From assembly GCF_000014785.1 (NCBI RefSeq), contig NC_008340.1, forward strand, positions 3,000,001-3,032,000: a DNA stretch of 32,000 nt. Direction: 5' to 3'. The notes under the pieces are model-generated. The model was given only the letters and a program-made list of their open reading frames with translations, searched no databases and was not told where the DNA came from. Position 1 is the stretch's first letter, and each line of letters begins with the position of its first letter. The stretch comes from Alkalilimnicola ehrlichii MLHE-1 (lineage in GTDB: Bacteria > Pseudomonadota > Gammaproteobacteria > Nitrococcales > Halorhodospiraceae). Positions 27,112-32,000 of the stretch are shown here, piece after piece. The position numbers and the translations under genes were made by a program.

Positions 27112-27333
27112 TGAGTGGGCGGGTTGGCGGGTTCCGGGCGGGGGTGTTGCCGCTGGGGCGACTTATGCGCACCGAGCAACGCAGCAAAAGAGCGGAAACA
27201 AGGCGCGCCTGTCCGAGCGAAGCGAGTTCGCGCCGCCGCTCTTTTGCGAGTAGCGCAGGGGACCCCGAAGGGGTGCGCATTTGGAGCCCCAGCGGCAACA
27301 CCCCCGCCCGGAACCCGCCAACCCGCCCACTCA
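27112..27333. repeat. Nested-hairpin intergenic element, copy 2 (222 bp)
   Basis: The outer inverted repeat is a perfect 48/48: 27112-27159 pairs with 27286-27333. Inner helices are 27165-27173/27272-27280 (9 bp), 27184-27195/27236-27247 (12 bp) and 27202-27207/27229-27234 (6 bp). The apical loop is 21 nt (27208-27228). It has the same orientation and architecture as copy 1. Confidence 0.9.
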
Positions 27334-27387
27334 CCACCGTTGCAAACAACCACCTAGCGGTATCGGCCTTCCCCTCTCCGGCTCGGC

Positions 27388-27825
27388 TCACTTGTTCTTT
27401 TTCAACCGGCGCTGCTCGTTGAGCAACTCCTCCAGCACCACCAGCAGGTCCACCGCGGAGAGCATGCCGTCCAGCCGCTCCTCTTTGTTCAGCACCGGCA
27501 CCGCACCGAAGCGGTTCTCGTGCATGATCCGGGCGGCCTTGTCCACGTGGTCGTAGGTGTGCACGGCGATCACGTCCGTGGTCATGACATCGCCCAGGGT
27601 CATGTGGTCGTCCAGATAGTAGACGTGGGCAATATCCGGCGCCTCGTCCACCCAGTCCGGGCGGCGCAGATTGCGATCGGTGACCAGGCCCAACAGGTTC
27701 ATCTCGTCGTCCACCACCGGCAGGTGGCGTATCCGGTTCTGCTTCATCCGGAAGAACGCCTCCCGCAGCCCCTCCTGCGGCTGGCCCGTGATCAACTTAC
27801 GGGTCATGACCTTGGTCACCTTCAT
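27388..27825 (-). CDS. Stand-alone CBS-pair domain protein
   Basis: It reads MKVTKVMTRKLITGQPQEGLREAFFRMKQNRIRHLPVVDD..LLGLVTDRNL and MTTDVIAVHTYDHVDKAARIMHENRFGAVPVLN. AAGGAG lies 9 nt upstream of ATG 27825. An alternative ATG at 27831 is only 3 nt from the SD. The track start at 28014 is rejected. Confidence 0.88.
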   Translation of the reverse strand: MKVTKVMTRKLITGQPQEGLREAFFRMKQNRIRHLPVVDDEMNLLGLVTDRNLRRPDWVDEAPDIAHVYYLDDHMTLGDVMTTDVIAVHTYDHVDKAARIMHENRFGAVPVLNKEERLDGMLSAVDLLVVLEELLNEQRRLKKNK

Positions 27826-28005
27826 ATTCATTTGCTCCTTATGACTAGGCTTATGGTGCGGACTCCATGGTGCCGCAAAGGCTGGCACTTTGCATGCACC
27901 CCGCCACAACCCTGACGACAGTAGGAGTCGTCCTGCGTTAAGATATAACTTTAGAATTAACTTAACCTCCCCCCACCCGACACCCGCAGGCCAATCTCTA
28001 ACCGA

Positions 28006-30528
28006 ATGAGCCACCAGCTACCCGTAGAGCGCATCGTCCAGTCGAGCATACTCCACTGTGGCCCCGAGACCCCGCTCTGCCAGGCCGCGGAACGCATGGC
28101 CGAGCGTCAGTGCAGCTCCATTCTGGTGATGGAGGCGGACCGCGCGGTGGGCATCTGGACCGAACGGGACGCCCTGGCGGTGGATTTCTCCGACCCCTCC
28201 GCCATTCGCAGACCCATCCGCGAGGCCATGAGCAGCCCGGTTGCCTGTATCCCCGGGGAGACGGAGCTTGGGGAGGTGGCGATGCGCTTTCGCGCCGAAC
28301 GGTGCCGCCACTTCCTGGTGATCGACCGGGGCGGCCAGCCCCTCGGGCTTGTCTCGCAAACGGATGTGGCCCTGAACCAGGGCATGGAACCCTACCTGAG
28401 ACTGCGCGAGGTGGGCGCCGCGATGCGCACTGCGCCTCTGGTGTTGGCCGCCGACACACGATTGTCGCAGGCGGCGCGGCGCATGCGCGAATCAGAGCGG
28501 GATGCGGCCGTGATCCGCTTTGCTGACACCGACGACCTGGGCATTGTCACCGAGCGGGACCTGGTCCGCTGCATCGCCCGCTACCCCGGGGACACGCCCA
28601 TCGGTCATCTGGCCAGCCGGCCACTGCTCACCGTGGCGGCGAACGATATGCTCATCCGCGCCCGTGACATGCTGATGGACCACCAGGTCCGGCACCTCGC
28701 CGTTCTCGACGACCGGGGCCAGGTGGTGGGTCTGCTCGGCTTCCAGGACCTGCTGGCCGGTGCCGAGCAGAGCTATCTGAAGGATCTGCGTCGCGCACTG
28801 GAGCAGCGCGACAAAGCATTGGCCCAGTCGCGCAAGCACCTGCAACTGGCCGAGCGGGTCATCGACTCCTCACTGGAGGGGATCGTCATCACCGACGCCC
28901 ACGCCCGGATCGAGTTCGTGAACCCGGCCTTCACCCACCTGACCGGTTACAGCCTGGAAGAGGTGGCCGGCCGCACACCGGCAGTGCTCTCCTCCGGCCG
29001 ACACCCGCCTTCGTTCTACCGGGAGATGTGGCAGGCCCTGCAGGAGCAGGGCTACTGGCGCGGCGAGATCTGGAACCGGCGCAAATCCGGGGCCCTCTAC
29101 CTGGAACTGCTCACCATCACCGCTATCACCAATGACGATGGTGACACCACCCATTACGCCGGGCTGTTCACCGACATCACCCACATCCGGGAGAACGAGC
29201 GGCAGATCCGCCAACTGGCCTACTACGACCCCCTCACCCGGCTGCCCAACCGCCGGCTTCTGGACGACCGGCTGTCACTGGCGATCAAGCATGCCCACCG
29301 CCACCGACAGCGCCTGGCGGTAATGTTCATCGATCTGGACCACTTCAAACAGGTGAATGACACCCTGGGCCACGCCGTTGGCGACGAGCTGCTGCTGAGG
29401 GTCTCGGAGCGGCTGCGCGAGCACCTGCGCGAGGACGACACCCTCGCCCGCCTGGGTGGAGACGAATTCCTTGCCCTGCTGCCGGACCTGCAGGAAGTGG
29501 ATGAGGCCATCCGCGTCACCCAACGCCTGATTGAGGCAATCAGTCAGCCCTACACCATCGGCGACCACGACTTCCGGGTGGGTTGCAGCATTGGGTTAAG
29601 CCTCTATCCGGACGACGGGGAGAGCCCGGATGCGCTGATCCGTAACGCCGACGGGGCCATGTACCGCTCCAAGACAGAGGGTCGCAACACCTACCGGCTC
29701 TATGCGCCGGAGATGGACACCCGCGCCAAGAACCAGTTGGCGCTGGAGACGGCGTTACGCGACACCGCCGAGACCGGCGAGGGCCTTTCGATCCATTATC
29801 AACCGATTTTCGACTGGCGGACTGGCGCCCTGCATTCCGCCGAGGCGCTGCTGCGCTGGCACCACCCGACCCGGGGCGCGGTCGCACCGGGCGAGTTCAT
29901 CCCCCTGGCCGAGCGCTCCGGACTGATCATCCCGTTGGGCCAGGCGGTGATGCGCATGGTCTGCACCCAGCTCAAGCGCTGGCAGGCGGCCGGCCTACGG
30001 CCGGTGCCCGTGGCCATCAACCTCTCTGCCAAGCAGTTCTGGCAGGACGAACTGCCCGGCTTCATCCGGAAGATGCTGCAGCGTTGCGATTTAAACCCGG
30101 GGCTGATGGGTTTTGAGCTGACCGAGAGCACGCTAATGCACGATATCGAGCGTGGGCTCGACACCCTGGCGGCATTACGGGGGATGGGCTGCAGCGTGGC
30201 CATCGACGACTTTGGTACCGGCTATTCCTCGCTGACCTACCTGCAGCGGTTGCCGGTGACCACCCTGAAGATCGACCGTAGCTTCGTTAGCGACCTGGGC
30301 ACGTGCCGGAAGGGAGGCTGTGCCATCGTGGCGGCGGTCACCGGGCTGGCACGCGAACTGGAATTGCAGGTGGTGGCCGAGGGTGTGGAGACCGAGGCCC
30401 AGCTCCGCGCCCTGGACCGCTACCAGGTGGCATTGGTTCAAGGGTTCAAGACCGGCCGCCCGGTCCCAGCCGATGCCTTCAGCGAGGCCTACCTGCGAGC
30501 GATGACAAGCGGCCGGGACGGGGATTGA
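28006..30528 (+). CDS. CBS x4 - PAS - GGDEF - EAL c-di-GMP signalling protein
   Basis: 840 aa. There are two CBS pairs (aa ~1-255) and a PAS domain (IVITDAHARIEFVNPAFTHLTGYS..). The GGDEF domain reads REDDTLARLGGDEFLALLP with an RxxD I-site. The EAL domain has EALLRW, DDFGTGYSSL, KIDRSF and EGVETE. No obvious SD precedes ATG 28006. Confidence 0.92.
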   Translation: MSHQLPVERIVQSSILHCGPETPLCQAAERMAERQCSSILVMEADRAVGIWTERDALAVDFSDPSAIRRPIREAMSSPVACIPGETELGEVAMRFRAERCRHFLVIDRGGQPLGLVSQTDVALNQGMEPYLRLREVGAAMRTAPLVLAADTRLSQAARRMRESERDAAVIRFADTDDLGIVTERDLVRCIARYPGDTPIGHLASRPLLTVAANDMLIRARDMLMDHQVRHLAVLDDRGQVVGLLGFQDLLAGAEQSYLKDLRRALEQRDKALAQSRKHLQLAERVIDSSLEGIVITDAHARIEFVNPAFTHLTGYSLEEVAGRTPAVLSSGRHPPSFYREMWQALQEQGYWRGEIWNRRKSGALYLELLTITAITNDDGDTTHYAGLFTDITHIRENERQIRQLAYYDPLTRLPNRRLLDDRLSLAIKHAHRHRQRLAVMFIDLDHFKQVNDTLGHAVGDELLLRVSERLREHLREDDTLARLGGDEFLALLPDLQEVDEAIRVTQRLIEAISQPYTIGDHDFRVGCSIGLSLYPDDGESPDALIRNADGAMYRSKTEGRNTYRLYAPEMDTRAKNQLALETALRDTAETGEGLSIHYQPIFDWRTGALHSAEALLRWHHPTRGAVAPGEFIPLAERSGLIIPLGQAVMRMVCTQLKRWQAAGLRPVPVAINLSAKQFWQDELPGFIRKMLQRCDLNPGLMGFELTESTLMHDIERGLDTLAALRGMGCSVAIDDFGTGYSSLTYLQRLPVTTLKIDRSFVSDLGTCRKGGCAIVAAVTGLARELELQVVAEGVETEAQLRALDRYQVALVQGFKTGRPVPADAFSEAYLRAMTSGRDGD

Positions 30529-30547
30529 TCCGCTGCCCAAACGCAAG

Positions 30548-30572
30548 AAAGCCCCGCACAGGGCGGGGCTTT
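30548..30572. terminator. Bidirectional intrinsic terminator between the EAL gene and the csp gene
   Basis: AAAGCCCCGC (30548-30557) pairs with GCGGGGCTTT (30563-30572) around the loop ACAGG. It is flanked by AAGAAA on the 5' side and TTTCT on the 3' side, so each strand sees a hairpin plus T-run. A second hairpin, GACCCGGC/GCCGGGTC, lies at 30582-30602. Confidence 0.7.
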
Positions 30573-30614
30573 CTCAGGGCAGACCCGGCGCGCAGCCGGG
30601 TCAGTCAGCACGCC

Positions 30615-30818
30615 TTACAGCGCGGAGACGTTGGCCGCGGCCAGGCCCTTCGGGGTGTTTTGGGTCTCGAACTGGACCTGCTGCCCCTCGGCCAGGCTCT
30701 TGAAGCCGGAGCCGTTGATGGCGGAGTGGTGGACGAACACGTCCTTGCCGCCGTCGGTGGGGGTGATGAAGCCGAAGCCCTTAGCGTCGTCGAACCACTT
30801 AACAGTACCGGTGATCAT
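30615..30818 (-). CDS. Cold-shock protein, CspA family
   Basis: 67 aa. It reads [20 protein letters not shown] (RNP1) and DVFVHHSAI (RNP2). ATG 30818 lies within track ORF 30615..30929. Confidence 0.95.
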   Translation of the reverse strand: MITGTVKWFDDAKGFGFITPTDGGKDVFVHHSAINGSGFKSLAEGQQVQFETQNTPKGLAAANVSAL

Positions 30819-30940
30819 GGATAGTCTTTCCTCGTTTGATCGTATCTTGCGGTGTTGCAGGTGTTGCTGAAGGACAAACGGGAGTGACGACCACGGTGGG
30901 GTACTGCCGAACGCGCTACAGAACATCAACTGCAGGTCCG

Positions 30941-30980
30941 ACTATACCCGCTGCGCCGGGAAACGCAAACATTTTTTTTG
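30941..30980 (-). promoter_or_regulatory. Putative csp promoter (TTTGCG-N17-TATAGT with an upstream A8 tract), implying a ~115-nt 5' UTR
   Basis: On the minus strand the -35 TTTGCG is rc of 30964-30969 and the -10 TATAGT is rc of 30941-30946, with a 17-nt spacer. An A8 tract (rc of 30972-30979) lies upstream, like an UP element. Long 5' UTRs are typical of cspA-type genes. Confidence 0.35.
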
Positions 30981-31105
30981 CTCCGGAGTACAATAGGCAT
31001 TTACCATAAATGACAATGGGTTTTCAGCTATCCCCGGAACCGGATAGCCCCTGTTGCGGCGCCAACCCCGCTGGGGCCCAACAGGTCAGCAGGAGGCAGT
31101 GCGCC

Positions 31106-32000
31106 ATGTCGCCCAACCCCCCCGGCGCGGAACCGGCCCAGGTTCTGCCCGGACGAAACGATCAGGCAGCGTTCGGTGGCCGCGCGCTGGTCCTCGCGCT
31201 GTGGGCGGAATCCCAGTACGCCCTGCGTGACGGCACCTACAGCTACTGGTCCCGGTTGCCGGCGCCGTTCGAGCGCGATGCCATTTACCGGCTCGCCCAC
31301 AAACTGTGCCACGAGCCCCTGCCACCCGAGCGCCAGCACCAGCTGATCGAGGCCGGCCGAAAGATCCATGCCCACGAAGGCCGATTCGCCGACGCCCCAC
31401 CGGTAGGCGACAATATGGAGCTGGAGTTCTACGGTCGCCTGCTGCGCAGCCTGGAGCGGGTAGTCGACGACCACTACCGGGGCGAGAACTCCTTCACGCC
31501 TCCGCCGAAGGGCCGCCTGATCGTGGGCGCACGGGTACCACTCGGAATGCCCGCCAGCGAGTCGCGCCGGACGCTGCAGGCCTTCACCGACCGGCTGGTG
31601 CAGAGCGCTGAGGTGAGCAAGGTGCCGCTGCGGCTGTTCGACAACGACGGCCTGCCCTGCGACCTGGACGCCCATGCCCTGGGCCGTTACCTGGATCGGG
31701 CGGAGGGCAAGCCCAGCCTGACCATCCTGATGGGCTACAACCGCCACCTGGACCCGCTGGACCCCCAACCCTCTCTCTATCGCGACAGGCTGGTGCAGCT
31801 AACCGCTCAGGCCGATGTGATCTTCAAACCCCTGCGGCCCCACGTGGTGGTCACCACCGATTTCGTGCCTCAATTGCTGCGCCGTGGCAACGTCCCGTTG
31901 TGGAACCGGGACACCCTGCTGAGTGACGACGACGCCGCCGTGCTGGAGCAACTGGGTGTGCAGCTGTTCGAAGAGGAACGCCCGCGGTTGCTCGAATCCC
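31106..32000 (+). CDS. Hypothetical protein, N-terminal 298 codons (continues beyond the window)
   Basis: It is not in the ORF track because it has no in-window stop. I translated it codon by codon and found it open from ATG 31106 (AGGAGG at 31091-31096, 9-nt spacer) to 32000. Codons are strongly GC3-biased. It reads MSPNPPGAEPAQVLPGRNDQAAFGGRALVLALWAESQYALRDGTYSYW...HVVVTTDFVPQLLRRGNVPLWNRDTLLSDDDAAVLEQLGV. I recognise no family. In-frame ATGs at 31010 and 31016 are possible but lie in the AT-rich promoter patch. Confidence 0.7.
   Translation, partial: MSPNPPGAEPAQVLPGRNDQAAFGGRALVLALWAESQYALRDGTYSYWSRLPAPFERDAIYRLAHKLCHEPLPPERQHQLIEAGRKIHAHEGRFADAPPVGDNMELEFYGRLLRSLERVVDDHYRGENSFTPPPKGRLIVGARVPLGMPASESRRTLQAFTDRLVQSAEVSKVPLRLFDNDGLPCDLDAHALGRYLDRAEGKPSLTILMGYNRHLDPLDPQPSLYRDRLVQLTAQADVIFKPLRPHVVVTTDFVPQLLRRGNVPLWNRDTLLSDDDAAVLEQLGVQLFEEERPRLLES

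Noticed and set aside
27112-27333. The hairpin elements as plain rho-independent terminators.
   Set aside because: No T-run follows either arm on either strand. Copy 1 lies between two divergent start codons, where no terminator is needed. A genuine terminator with T-runs is seen at 30548-30572 and looks quite different.
31028-31768. 246-aa minus-strand ORF, the only track ORF offered for this region.
   Set aside because: It has an antisense-type composition (Gln/Val/Ala/Gly runs). The plus strand has an SD-preceded, GC3-biased open frame that continues off the window.

Overview
This is a very GC-rich bacterial chromosome segment with strong GC3 codon bias (judged by eye, not computed). Gene content and order look like a gammaproteobacterial core region with Pseudomonas-like synteny: an M16 peptidase pair next to ftsY-ftsE-ftsX-rpoH, and argH divergent from algZ(fimS)-algR-hemC-hemD-hemX-hemY. 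I support 30 protein-coding genes. Two are missing from the ORF track because they run off the window ends: an ACS-like ligase at 1..1453(-) and an unknown ORF at 31106..32000(+). Most other long track ORFs are antisense shadows or upstream extensions of real genes, which is expected at this GC content. I saw no rRNA, tRNA, CRISPR array, transposase, integrase or phage gene, so this is not an obvious accessory island. Three c-di-GMP turnover proteins are present: two divergent GGDEF cyclases, and a CBSx4-PAS-GGDEF-EAL protein paired with a stand-alone CBS protein. The main signal that genes do not explain is a pair of ~220-bp intergenic nested-hairpin elements at 16439-16657 and 27112-27333. 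Both have the same four-helix architecture. All four helices differ in sequence between the copies yet stay base-paired (outer stems 46/46 and 48/48), while the unpaired segments are almost identical. That is the signature of a selected nucleic-acid structure: a REP/BIME-like element, a structured RNA, or a DNA cruciform site. I could not search any database, so novelty is untested.
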